From IMG/VR virus record IMGVR_UViG_3300032007_000001: a DNA stretch of 64,000 nt. One strand, given 5' to 3'. Positions 36,307 through 46,179 of this stretch are shown one piece after another; the first letter of the stretch is position 1; every line of letters begins with the position of its first letter. Position numbers and translations under genes: made by a program. The notes below the pieces were generated by a model, which was given only the letters and a program-made list of their open reading frames with translations, searched no databases and was not told where the DNA came from. This stretch comes from a virus (Duplodnaviria; Caudoviricetes).

Positions 36307-37765
36307 TAATATTTTCTTCTACTGAATCTTCAGTAGGTTCTTCTGCAACTTCTAATAAATTACTATTTCTTAAAAATTCGACAAATTGTTCTTTCGTTGC
36401 TGGATATACTTCTTCAACATTGCCTTTCAAAAGAACAAAATAATCTGCATCAAGAACTCCACGTTCTTTTAATAATTCAACAATTGTTTCATCGGTATCT
36501 TTTTCCAATTCAGTAACTGGGAAATATACATCTGCTGGTTCATCGTCTTCCGTTTCAACTTCTACTTTTACAACCTGTTCTGGAGTAAGACTATTATAAA
36601 TTTCAATGAGTTGTTCGTCGGAAATTTCTTCTTCAAAATCATCTAAAACCTCTTCAGGTTCTGTTTGTTCTTCTGATTCTTCTTCTTTTTCTACTTCTTC
36701 ATTGGCTGCTTCTACTGGAGCAACTGAATCCACCATTTGAACATTCCCATCAATTGGATTATCTTCAACTTCAGGTTCTTCAACAAGTTCTTCATTTTCA
36801 ACAACTTCTTGAACTGCTTCATTTACTGGATTCGTTTCAATATTAAATTCGCTTAATACATCAGATAAAAAGTCTGCATTAAGTTTTCCTCTATCTTCCT
36901 GTTTTGAAAGGTCTAATTCATGTTCTTTTTGGAGAATCTTTTCAGAAACTTCTTTATTCTTTTGAACATGTTCCATTTCTTGTTCTTCTGATTTTAAGTC
37001 ATATTTATCATTTTCAATAGTTTCATATGCATGAATCATTTCTGCCAATTTTGTTTCAAGAGAAGCAACTCTTTTTTCTAAAGTGTTTTCGCATTCTTCT
37101 CCTTCGCATTCTTCCATTGATTTTTCATATGAAGCTATAACTTCTTCTTCACTATCGCTAATTTCTGGAACCAATTCTGGTTGCGTTGCTTTATCAAGCA
37201 ATTCATTAACAAGATTCTTTAATTCAGCAACTTCTTTTCTAAGAGATTCTATTTCATTTGTATTTTCAACTTCTTGCGTTTCTGGGGCACTCATAATATC
37301 TTCTAATTCTTTCGTTAAAGAATTATCTTCAACATCAACAACAAGAGTTTCTTCCTCAACAACTTCCTGCATCGTCGATGTTTCAGTATCATCATTTATT
37401 GCCTCTTCAACAGCATCATTTGTTTGTTGAATTTCTCTTGTATCATCCAAAACTTCTTCGTTTTCGACGTCTTCTGACAATTCTTCATCAACAACGTCAT
37501 TTTCTTTTGAAGCAGCAACAACGCTATCTTCATTTAAGAAATTATCAACACCTTCGATATCACTAACACCGTCAATTTCTTTTACAACAGTTGCAAATTT
37601 GTTATAAAGAACAGCACCATGCTCATTAAATTTAACATAAAATGTTTCATCTTGCCAATTTACTGTGGGTAAATCAGCTACATTATTATCGGCAGTTTTT
37701 TCGTTGCTTCTAAGAGCATCGGCAAATTCATTCAGCCAGGTTGGCCACGAACTAGTTTTGTTCAT
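36293..37765 (-). CDS. Very acidic coiled-coil protein (scaffold/inner-head-like)
   Basis: E/D-rich, heptads LRKEVAELKNLV and RVASLETKL; EKTAD, VVAAS, VIAS, RVAS sites. Confidence 0.65.
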   Translation of the reverse strand: MNKTSSWPTWLNEFADALRSNEKTADNNVADLPTVNWQDETFYVKFNEHGAVLYNKFATVVKEIDGVSDIEGVDNFLNEDSVVAASKENDVVDEELSEDVENEEVLDDTREIQQTNDAVEEAINDDTETSTMQEVVEEETLVVDVEDNSLTKELEDIMSAPETQEVENTNEIESLRKEVAELKNLVNELLDKATQPELVPEISDSEEEVIASYEKSMEECEGEECENTLEKRVASLETKLAEMIHAYETIENDKYDLKSEEQEMEHVQKNKEVSEKILQKEHELDLSKQEDRGKLNADFLSDVLSEFNIETNPVNEAVQEVVENEELVEEPEVEDNPIDGNVQMVDSVAPVEAANEEVEKEEESEEQTEPEEVLDDFEEEISDEQLIEIYNSLTPEQVVKVEVETEDDEPADVYFPVTELEKDTDETIVELLKERGVLDADYFVLLKGNVEEVYPATKEQFVEFLRNSNLLEVAEEPTEDSVEENINEEV

Positions 37766-37779
37766 TTTTCTTTAACACC

Positions 37780-37983
37780 TCATCTTATATTGTGAGTTTG
37801 TTGTAACGACCATTCTGGCCGGTCAAGCTCATTCTCAAATTGATATTTTAATGGTTGCTTAAATTGGTCTTCAATCCCACCATGATTCATCATTTTTTCA
37901 TCATATGTTGGAAAATCTAATCCAAATTGTAATTCTATTTGCCTATGTGTTATTGGTCTTCCTAATCTTTTCATGTTAATCAC
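37780..37983 (-). CDS. Small protein starting (MIN)MKRL
   Basis: AGGGTG RBS; MKRLGRP. Confidence 0.6.
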   Translation of the reverse strand: MINMKRLGRPITHRQIELQFGLDFPTYDEKMMNHGGIEDQFKQPLKYQFENELDRPEWSLQQTHNIR

Positions 37984-37985
37984 CC

Positions 37986-38348
37986 TTAACTAATAACATG
38001 TTCACTATCACCCATAAACAATGGCTTCATCTTAAGAGTCATATCTTGCGGTTTCTCTACCAATTCTTCCATTTCTTTTTTTAACGTCTTTTTCGTTTTT
38101 GCAAAATTTTCTGCATAACTAAGACCCTTTAAGGCAATAGCCAATTCACAAAACAATTCAAAACTTCTTTCAAAATCATTTCCATCATAAATGGAAGCAC
38201 TATCAAAAGTCGAATCGCTTGTAATTGAATAGAAAGGCCGATTATTTAATAATCTAACTTGATATGCATAATATATCCCGCCAGGAGATACGAAACTTTC
38301 TATGACTTTTACTGGTTTTGAAGCTACTTTTTTTCTTAATCTTTTCAT
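37986..38348 (-). CDS. Hypothetical protein with MKRLRKKVAS leader
   Basis: ORF track gives 37986..38360; second Met at 38348 forms an ATGA overlap with the upstream stop. Confidence 0.7.
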   Translation of the reverse strand: MKRLRKKVASKPVKVIESFVSPGGIYYAYQVRLLNNRPFYSITSDSTFDSASIYDGNDFERSFELFCELAIALKGLSYAENFAKTKKTLKKEMEELVEKPQDMTLKMKPLFMGDSEHVIS

Positions 38349-38599
38349 CGTCCTATCCACCTTTCACTTTGAGCCCATGGCGAATATGTTCCAGGCCTCA
38401 TTTCTGTAGATAATAAATTATCATCATAATCTACTAATAAATTCCCCGGTGATAAAAAGAACGTTTTTTTATCATCATTAACCTGATTCTTTAGTTTATA
38501 ATCGGATTTTTCAGTATCTACTTGCTTATCAATAAGTTTTCGATACTGAAGCTCCAATTTTTCTATATCTGCATTAGACCATTTTTTCAAACGTTTCAT
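38345..38599 (-). CDS. Hypothetical protein with MKRLKK leader
   Basis: ATGA-coupled to the upstream 1163-aa gene. Confidence 0.7.
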   Translation of the reverse strand: MKRLKKWSNADIEKLELQYRKLIDKQVDTEKSDYKLKNQVNDDKKTFFLSPGNLLVDYDDNLLSTEMRPGTYSPWAQSERWIGR

Positions 38600-41500
38600 T
38601 TGTTGTATCTCTGCAAATCCTTATATATTGAATCAAGTTGATGAGACGTTGTAACTTTATCCAGTAAAGCGCTAATCTTAGAAAGTTTATTCTTTGTTAT
38701 TATTGATTTTTCAACATAACTTTCTGCCAATTTCAAAACCTTATCTTTAACTTCATTAAAAGCATCATTTGTTTTACCATCTTTTATAGAAGCTAAAGTT
38801 TTTGCTTCAAAATTATTTGTATGGAATGACTTTGGAATCATTTCATTATTTTTAGAAGCATGTTTCAAATTATCATTAATAACTTCTTCCATATAAGGTT
38901 TTAGTTTTGACATTGAAATCAATTCATTCAAAGAATATTTACTTGCATATTGATTGTTTCCAGCTTCCTTAACATGTCCAAGTTCCAACCATGAATTAAT
39001 AGCATCATCTAATTGACTATCATCTGTTAAAAACCTTAAATGTTTTTTCAAAGCTTCTTTTGAAATAAGAATATCATGTTTTGTATTCTCGTTATTTCTC
39101 ATTTCATTAATCTTACTAGCAAGTAATGTATTAACAAATGCATCTTTTACATCTATTTCTTTATTCCCAATAAAGAATCTTGTATTTTTTAACTTAGCAT
39201 TATCAATATCAGATTGTGCTATAACGCTAGAAGAAATACCTTTTTCTTTATTAAACAAATGTAATTCTGCTGTAACCCATTTTTCTTTGATGTCTATATC
39301 CTTAAAATCTTCTATTTCAACGCCAGTTGGCATTTGTGAAGCCATAAGCTTTTTATAATTTGCTTTTGAAAGTTGTTCTTCTGGATTTCTCGTCCCAGTA
39401 TCTTCAACATTTATGACTTCAAATTGTTTGTTATCATTTTTATTACTAAGAATGAGATGTTTCTTCCTTAAAGTTGTATCAATATTCTTTTTACATTCAT
39501 TAAGAATCTCATCTCTCGAATATTTAGAAGCAAATTTCTTATTTCCAAGAGATTGAAGAATACCATTATCATTCAAATCAATAATAAATATATCTATATC
39601 TTCATTTGAAAGATAATCAGCTAAAATATTATTTAATTCGTCTTCTGTAAAGATACAACTATAATGGTCAACTAATTCATAATTATTATCTTGCAAATAT
39701 TGCTTCAATAAATTGCTCTTTTCGAATGCTTTTGAAACATCTTCTATTGCAACTTCTTTTGACCCAACTTTGCAAATAATTTTATCTTTGTCGACGCGAG
39801 CATACAATTTTCTACCATCAAAATCCAAAACCAAATCTTTATCATTAACTACTTTAACATCGCATTTGAGATATTTATTGATTTTTTCTTTAATGGAAGC
39901 AATTTTTTCTTTAATATTTTCATTAGCTACATTGTTTCTCGAATCGCCATCTTCAATTGAAGCAGATTCAAAACGATAACCATCTTTTTTATCTTTCAAT
40001 TTAAGATGTTTTGCCTTTAATTGCATATTCGGAGAAACATTAATATTCTTTATAAGTTCATCAAAACTTGAATTAGAAACATATTTGTCTTCTGCTATTT
40101 TATGCAATTTATTATTATCTTCAAGATAAGATATAATTGTATTTATTTCAGAATCTGAAAAATAATCATTTAATTTGTTTTCAAACATTTTTTTACTGAT
40201 TATAATTTTCTGATAATTAGAAACATCATTATCTTCAAGATATGCCTTTAATGTTGGTGTTATTTCTAAAGCATGATTTAATTTTGCAATTGAAATTTTC
40301 TTTCCATGTATATCGCAAACTATATCGTCTATGTCTCCAAGAATAGAAGCATATACATGTTTCCCATCAAAAGTAATTATAGCATTTTTCTTATCTATCA
40401 ATTCAACATAAAAATCTTTTAAGTATTGAGACAAATAAGAATTAATTTTATTTGCATAATCACTAATACTAGCAATAATTTGATAATTTCTTGAACCTGT
40501 ATCTTCTTGCCAAACACTTTCAAACAAATTATCGTTTCTCTTTGCTAATGCATAATTTACCGGTTTCTTTTCAACCAATTGCGTTTCATTACACAATTTG
40601 ATTAAGTCTTCTAAATCACATTTGCATGCAAATTTATCTTTATCAAGAGATTTTAATGTATTATTCTCTTTTAATTTTTCAATAATCTTATTAACAGTGT
40701 CTTCATTAAGATAATCTTTCAATTGGCTATAAATGGCTGTCTTTGTAACGACCATCTTAACATCTGCTCTATAAAACTTGTTTCCAAATTTTTGTTTTTC
40801 TTCTAAGATATTATCAATTTCCTCTTTTGAAAGGAATGAAATGTCTTCTGTATCAAAAAGCAATTCATTTAATGAAAGTTTTGATGCAAATTTGTTGTTT
40901 TCAATTGCGTTTAATTTTCCACTCTTACACCACAATTGAATCATACTATCAACATTATCTTTGGAAATATATTTTTCCAATTCGTCTGTAAGATTTTTCA
41001 TTGAAAAAATGTGATTTCCAAGTTTCGTGTTTTTACCAGTATAAGAAGCTATTTTCTTATCCTTTTTATCGATTTCATTTAAGAAATCGTTTATTTGCAT
41101 ATCTTTTTCATTAAAGCAAATAGATAATATATCTTTAACTTTTTCATCCTCAATACTTAACCGAATCGCAATCTTATGACGTATATCTTTATTAACTATT
41201 TCTGCGTCAAAATCAAGAATATTATCATTTCTCTTTGCATTATCAACATTTAATATATTAATAACATTTGCAAATTTTTGAACAGCTTCATGAGAAAGTC
41301 TTTCAGCTGTCTTCTTTTCATTAATATCGGTTTGACCAATGTTATCAACAAAATCGGCGGTGTGAGAAGCTTCTTTTTCTAAATTTTCTCTTTTATCAGG
41401 AAATAACATATTCATATCGTAATATGAAGCATATTCATTACTTCCAACGCCGACAATATTGCCTTCTTTAATGTTTTTGTTGATTAAATCTGTGGCTTCT

Positions 41501-42087
41501 TTTAATGAACCATTGCAACGTTTAATAATCTCATATCTAGTCATAACAGTAAAATTGTTGTTTCCAACTTTTACTTTATATGACTTTTTAGAATCAAAAC
41601 CTTCTTTTACATCATTAAAAGAATCTTCCAATCCAGCTTCGCTAAATGGATATTCATTAACATCATCATTCAATGCAACGATAAAAAACTTATCATTATT
41701 TATTTTTCCATCATTAGCATTATATGAGAATTTATATTGTGCTGGATTATTTTCAAACGTTACATCAAAAGTAATGCCATTATTTGTTGGTTCACTGTTA
41801 AGAATTGCAAATTTTGTTTTTCTCAAAAAAGAAGATAATTTAACGACTGCAAAATTTTTCAATGTTTGATTATTGAATGTATATGCAATATCTCTTGTAA
41901 AAGCAGTATTGTTGTTGCTACGTGAGGCGACAACATGTTTTTGATTGACAATATTTGCATCTGTTGCTAAATCAAACACTCTATCCACTTTTTCTTTGAA
42001 AGCAATATTATCAATCCAATCTGGAATGTCTACATTTGGAGAAGCTTTTAATGTTTTTCCATCTATTGTTTCAAAGCTATAAGACAT
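38596..42087 (-). CDS. Large (1163 aa) repeat protein with six winged-helix-like modules; candidate inner-head protein
   Basis: Six about-50-aa repeats ending G.L....[KQE][FY]AS..S..EL; ED[TG][GD][ST]RN linker motifs. Confidence 0.7.
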   Translation of the reverse strand: MSYSFETIDGKTLKASPNVDIPDWIDNIAFKEKVDRVFDLATDANIVNQKHVVASRSNNNTAFTRDIAYTFNNQTLKNFAVVKLSSFLRKTKFAILNSEPTNNGITFDVTFENNPAQYKFSYNANDGKINNDKFFIVALNDDVNEYPFSEAGLEDSFNDVKEGFDSKKSYKVKVGNNNFTVMTRYEIIKRCNGSLKEATDLINKNIKEGNIVGVGSNEYASYYDMNMLFPDKRENLEKEASHTADFVDNIGQTDINEKKTAERLSHEAVQKFANVINILNVDNAKRNDNILDFDAEIVNKDIRHKIAIRLSIEDEKVKDILSICFNEKDMQINDFLNEIDKKDKKIASYTGKNTKLGNHIFSMKNLTDELEKYISKDNVDSMIQLWCKSGKLNAIENNKFASKLSLNELLFDTEDISFLSKEEIDNILEEKQKFGNKFYRADVKMVVTKTAIYSQLKDYLNEDTVNKIIEKLKENNTLKSLDKDKFACKCDLEDLIKLCNETQLVEKKPVNYALAKRNDNLFESVWQEDTGSRNYQIIASISDYANKINSYLSQYLKDFYVELIDKKNAIITFDGKHVYASILGDIDDIVCDIHGKKISIAKLNHALEITPTLKAYLEDNDVSNYQKIIISKKMFENKLNDYFSDSEINTIISYLEDNNKLHKIAEDKYVSNSSFDELIKNINVSPNMQLKAKHLKLKDKKDGYRFESASIEDGDSRNNVANENIKEKIASIKEKINKYLKCDVKVVNDKDLVLDFDGRKLYARVDKDKIICKVGSKEVAIEDVSKAFEKSNLLKQYLQDNNYELVDHYSCIFTEDELNNILADYLSNEDIDIFIIDLNDNGILQSLGNKKFASKYSRDEILNECKKNIDTTLRKKHLILSNKNDNKQFEVINVEDTGTRNPEEQLSKANYKKLMASQMPTGVEIEDFKDIDIKEKWVTAELHLFNKEKGISSSVIAQSDIDNAKLKNTRFFIGNKEIDVKDAFVNTLLASKINEMRNNENTKHDILISKEALKKHLRFLTDDSQLDDAINSWLELGHVKEAGNNQYASKYSLNELISMSKLKPYMEEVINDNLKHASKNNEMIPKSFHTNNFEAKTLASIKDGKTNDAFNEVKDKVLKLAESYVEKSIITKNKLSKISALLDKVTTSHQLDSIYKDLQRYNK

Positions 42088-42096
42088 ATCCTATTC

Positions 42097-42450
42097 TCAC
42101 CCCACTTCAGTATATATGTAATGCTTTGCTTCATCTACAGTAGAATAAAATCCTTTATAACTTACATTTGACCATTTTGCTTTTCTATACCCTTGCATTG
42201 TACAATTGGCTGCAATAACCATATATACATCTGTTTGTTGTTCATCATTCAAAGGTACTCTCCAGACCTCAAAAACTTTAACGATATCATTAACTTCTAT
42301 AGAAGTATAAAAATCTGGAACATGACTTTTTGGTTTATTTTTTTGTTTTCTGAATGAACGCACCGGAGATGGTGGTGCTGCAAGAGTTTTACCAGTTAAA
42401 GAAATAATATTTTCTGTCCCATAATTAACTGCTTCTAAAACCATATCCAA
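42097..42450 (-). CDS. Hypothetical protein
   Basis: ORF 117 aa within operon. Confidence 0.65.
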   Translation of the reverse strand: MDMVLEAVNYGTENIISLTGKTLAAPPSPVRSFRKQKNKPKSHVPDFYTSIEVNDIVKVFEVWRVPLNDEQQTDVYMVIAANCTMQGYRKAKWSNVSYKGFYSTVDEAKHYIYTEVG

Positions 42451-42473
42451 CGGGATATTTCCTATACTATCAG

Positions 42474-43361
42474 CTATTGTTTTTTTTTAGATAAATGCGG
42501 AGGATTATTATTTGTGCTTGTTGGAACTTCATATTGTTCTGGACGAACACCGTCAAATCCACGCATATCTGTTACGTAATCATATCCAAATGGAGGATTA
42601 CTATCATGAATATCATAATATAGACTATCATTGCCAGATAAAATCTTTTCTGTTTCTTCTAACGTTTTATCTGTCATTCCAAAATCTTTATAATATTCAA
42701 AACCAATATTTCTCTTTTTATTATTACATAAATTTTTTGTTAACGAAACAGCATAATCGTTTGGAAAAATCTCAGAATAATAATTCAATAAATCAATAAT
42801 TTGTCCAGCTGTAACTTGTCTTCCTATTTCTCTCATATCATCAATTTCGCCAAAAAATAACATGAGAGGCTCTGAACGATGAAATGCTGCTTTAACGTAA
42901 CGAAGTTTTGTTTCAAGATTGGTACTTGCACATCTTTCGAGTTGTTCTTCTACTTTCTTTGCGAAGAAAGCTCTATCATCTGTCAAAACAGGAACAACTT
43001 CGTAACCAGCTTTATTTATATACTTCGCGATTTCTTGCTTCATATTATTATTATATCTTAAAGTAAATCCATTGAAGAAATCTTGAAGCGTTCCATCTAT
43101 GCCATTCCAAAGAGTAAGAATCAAATCAGCTAAATACTCTGGATAGAAGTGCATTGGAATAACTTCTCTCGTCGCTCTTTTTTCCATTTTATTATTTAGT
43201 TTTGCCCATCTTGCAAAATCATAAGGGCGGTCTTGATATCCTTGTAAATAATCGTTCATAGACGGGTCCCCCACTTCATCACCATCATCTCTCCAATTAA
43301 GATTTTTTTCATAATCATAATTGTCTTCTTCAATAACAAATTTATTCTTTATTCCTTGCAT
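42474..43361 (-). CDS. Hypothetical protein (probable virion head component)
   Basis: GAGGT RBS; EKRAT, ERCAS, VKAA, VTAG sites. Confidence 0.65.
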   Translation of the reverse strand: MQGIKNKFVIEEDNYDYEKNLNWRDDGDEVGDPSMNDYLQGYQDRPYDFARWAKLNNKMEKRATREVIPMHFYPEYLADLILTLWNGIDGTLQDFFNGFTLRYNNNMKQEIAKYINKAGYEVVPVLTDDRAFFAKKVEEQLERCASTNLETKLRYVKAAFHRSEPLMLFFGEIDDMREIGRQVTAGQIIDLLNYYSEIFPNDYAVSLTKNLCNNKKRNIGFEYYKDFGMTDKTLEETEKILSGNDSLYYDIHDSNPPFGYDYVTDMRGFDGVRPEQYEVPTSTNNNPPHLSKKKQ

Positions 43362-43368
43362 TTGATTA

Positions 43369-44106
43369 TTAACCTCTCACATCTTTTTTAGATTCAGAAA
43401 TAATAAAATTTTCAAATGCTTCCTGAGAATTCATTTTATCGTTATTTAATAATTTACTATGTAAATCATTAATCAATTCATTACTAGCAATTAATTTATG
43501 TTTTTTTAATGTATTGGCTATTTCAGATTTTAAGTTATTTTCAATAACATTTTCAAAATCTTTTTTCAAAATTTCATTATTTGCAATTTCTGCAATAATC
43601 TTCTTTGTATATTGACCATAATACATATTCATAATTCTTGTAAAAGTATCTTTATCCATTGCTGTTTTCGTTGAAGATGCTGTCTTTCTAACAACATCAT
43701 TTTCGTCATTTTCATCGTTTATTTCTTTTACAAGATATTCAATACCATCTATTTTTTGAATCTTCCAAATGCTTCCATCATCAAAAGCATAATCATACAC
43801 ACCAGCAATTTTTTGAAGTGCCTTAAATTTATCGTTCCCAACATTTTCAAAACATGCTAATGCTTCTTTTGTAGCTTTTATTTTTGGTTGTTCTGACGAA
43901 TATAATATTTTGAATATGTCATTATGTTTTTCTATGCTTACGTTATATCCATTTTTTGCCAATTTGTTTTTAATATTTTTTGCTTCATCTTCAGAACTAA
44001 CAACGCTAAATAACTTTTTGTTGTCTTTATTCTCAAGTGTCTTGGCAAGTTTTTCATAGCATTCGTCTGAAATAAAATCATATTGGTCCGCAATTCTGCT
44101 AATCAA
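43369..44106 (-). CDS. Hypothetical protein (probable virion head component)
   Basis: AAGGAGTG RBS, TTG start; FDDGSIWK..DG.EYLVK; RKTAS, TKTA, QKIAG, LIAS sites. Confidence 0.65.
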   Translation of the reverse strand: MISRIADQYDFISDECYEKLAKTLENKDNKKLFSVVSSEDEAKNIKNKLAKNGYNVSIEKHNDIFKILYSSEQPKIKATKEALACFENVGNDKFKALQKIAGVYDYAFDDGSIWKIQKIDGIEYLVKEINDENDENDVVRKTASSTKTAMDKDTFTRIMNMYYGQYTKKIIAEIANNEILKKDFENVIENNLKSEIANTLKKHKLIASNELINDLHSKLLNNDKMNSQEAFENFIISESKKDVRG

Positions 44107-44225
44107 ACCTTATCACTCCTTACATAAAGTTACATCGCGAAGTGTCAGCTCCGTAATGTTTATGCGCACTTTTTCTTCTAAAATAAAATAATGTTAAATA
44201 TAACAAATAATTTAGAAAATATCAC

Positions 44226-44262
44226 AAAAAATGAGGTATCTTTTAGCGATACCTCATTTTTT
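44226..44262 (-). terminator. Intrinsic terminator overlapping the sigma-factor stop
   Basis: AAAAAATGAGGTATC / GATACCTCATTTTTT. Confidence 0.8.
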
Positions 44263-44910
44263 CTTGTCTACTTTTTTATCGCTCAATGATTTTTTTAATT
44301 CATCTAACATCATTTCGTTTTTTTCTTCGTCACTATGATTTTCATCTAATAAATTATATAAGTCTTTTAATGCTTTTTTCTTAATCACGCTTACTCTTGA
44401 TTGTGATATATTCAATTTTTGCCCAATTTCTTGTTGTTTATATCCGCCTAAAGTAAGTTTTACTATTTCAGCTGCTCTATCATCTACTAACGAATAAACG
44501 TACTCATTATATAAATCATTTTCTACATCATCTATATCGTATGTCATTTGTCCTTGCAATAAAAATTCACAATAATCACTTGGTTTTTCTCTTTTTCCCT
44601 TGAAATAATATCTTTGAATATACGCTCTCAATTTAATAATAAGATTTTTGAACAAATACCTATCAAACTTAAAAAACTTTCCCATATAATATGGGTCATA
44701 TTGCTTACATAATGCAACGTAATATATATATGTTTGTTGAAGCAATTCATCTTTATCGAAATTCTTTAGCCATGAAAGCCATTTAATTAATTTATTTAGT
44801 CTTGCTTCATATTCAAACCAAATCTTATTTGGATTCTTTTTTATATCTTCATACAATGGTTCAAATGGTATTTGTAAACTAAAATCCTCTTGAGTTTGCT
44901 GTTTCTGCAA
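44254..44910 (-). CDS. Phage RNA polymerase sigma factor (sigma70 family, regions 2 and 4)
   Basis: Region 2-like DELLQ...YDP...F..Y; region 4 HTH GYKQQEIGQKLNISQSRVSVIKKKAL. Confidence 0.85.
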   Translation of the reverse strand: MQKQQTQEDFSLQIPFEPLYEDIKKNPNKIWFEYEARLNKLIKWLSWLKNFDKDELLQQTYIYYVALCKQYDPYYMGKFFKFDRYLFKNLIIKLRAYIQRYYFKGKREKPSDYCEFLLQGQMTYDIDDVENDLYNEYVYSLVDDRAAEIVKLTLGGYKQQEIGQKLNISQSRVSVIKKKALKDLYNLLDENHSDEEKNEMMLDELKKSLSDKKVDKKK

Positions 44911-44920
44911 ACCAACCGCC

Positions 44921-46147
44921 TCACTTCGTTTGTACTAATTCAACAAAACTTGCATTTTCTGGAATAAAAAATTTTGCATAAAAATCATTAACATCATTTA
45001 ATGTAACAGAATCCAACTCTTTTATTACATTATCAAAATCTATATCGTCTGTTATGATTCCATTTCCACGCATGCTAATTCTAAAATCATTTAATGAACT
45101 TGTAGAAATATGTTTTCTTTTCATTGCAGTAAGCAATGAATTATATGCTGACTTAAATTCTTCTTCTGTCGCGCCATTTTTATGTATTTCTTCCATTTTT
45201 TCAAGCATCATTTTCTTTGAATTTTCGATATTATCTTTATTCAAACCTATATATACATGCATTATTGATTGCGGTTTTGCTATAAAATCATTGCAATAAA
45301 TCGTATATGCGTATCCATATTTTTCTCTTAATTCCATCAATCTTGAACAAAAACCATTGCCAAATATATCTTCCACGATATTGAGCATAAATATGTTCTT
45401 TAAGGAATCTTCCAATTCAAATGGAAAATACATAACCATATGTGATTGTGTAGAATCAATATCTTCAGAAACATCTTTTATGGTAATATCATTACTATCA
45501 TCTCTAAATTGGTTTGTTTCTGAAAAAGAAATATCTTTTGTATAATCATCTACAAAATTCACAAACTCATCGACATCAATATCTCCAGATACATATACAA
45601 CAATATTTTCTGCAACATAATAATTGTCAATAAAATCAAAAACGTCTTGCCTTGATATATTTCTGACACTTTCTATTGTGCCACCATTACTCCATTTATT
45701 TGGAGTATTTGAAAAAGCATTTTTTGTTGTTATATCCAAAACTCTCCTTGAACCATCATCATAGTACATTTTGAGTTCTTCCAAAACAACATTTTTTTCT
45801 CTTTCAAATTCTTCTTCTGGAATCGTACAATTCCAGACAATATCAGACAAAACGTCTATTGCTTCTTTCCAATATTCTTTTAATATCGTTACATAAAAAA
45901 CCGTGTTGGTTTCTGTTGTATATGCGTTTAGTTCTCCTCCAAGTTTATTGATGTCTTTGAAAATATCGTTGGCTTTTCTGTTAATAGTACCTTTGAAAAC
46001 CAAATGCTCAACCAAATGCGCAATACCAAGGTTTTCAACGGGTTCATCATATGCACCAGCATTAATGCAATATGATATAGTAACAAAATCACCAGGTATT
46101 TTCTCAATGCAAAATTCTAATCCATTCTCGAGTTTTTTGTTAAACAT
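44921..46147 (-). CDS. M16 family zinc metallopeptidase
   Basis: GIAHLVEHLVFKGT (HxxEH), GGELNAYT, EREKNVVLEE, SRL..LREK.G.AY. Confidence 0.95.
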   Translation of the reverse strand: MFNKKLENGLEFCIEKIPGDFVTISYCINAGAYDEPVENLGIAHLVEHLVFKGTINRKANDIFKDINKLGGELNAYTTETNTVFYVTILKEYWKEAIDVLSDIVWNCTIPEEEFEREKNVVLEELKMYYDDGSRRVLDITTKNAFSNTPNKWSNGGTIESVRNISRQDVFDFIDNYYVAENIVVYVSGDIDVDEFVNFVDDYTKDISFSETNQFRDDSNDITIKDVSEDIDSTQSHMVMYFPFELEDSLKNIFMLNIVEDIFGNGFCSRLMELREKYGYAYTIYCNDFIAKPQSIMHVYIGLNKDNIENSKKMMLEKMEEIHKNGATEEEFKSAYNSLLTAMKRKHISTSSLNDFRISMRGNGIITDDIDFDNVIKELDSVTLNDVNDFYAKFFIPENASFVELVQTK

Positions 46148-46179
46148 TGTTTTTCTCCTAAAAATATTCTAAACATTTT

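Noticed and set aside
44118-44170. tRNA or known riboswitch
   Set aside because: Single hairpin, no cloverleaf, T-loop or recognisable aptamer; no tRNA or rRNA recognised anywhere in the window by eye
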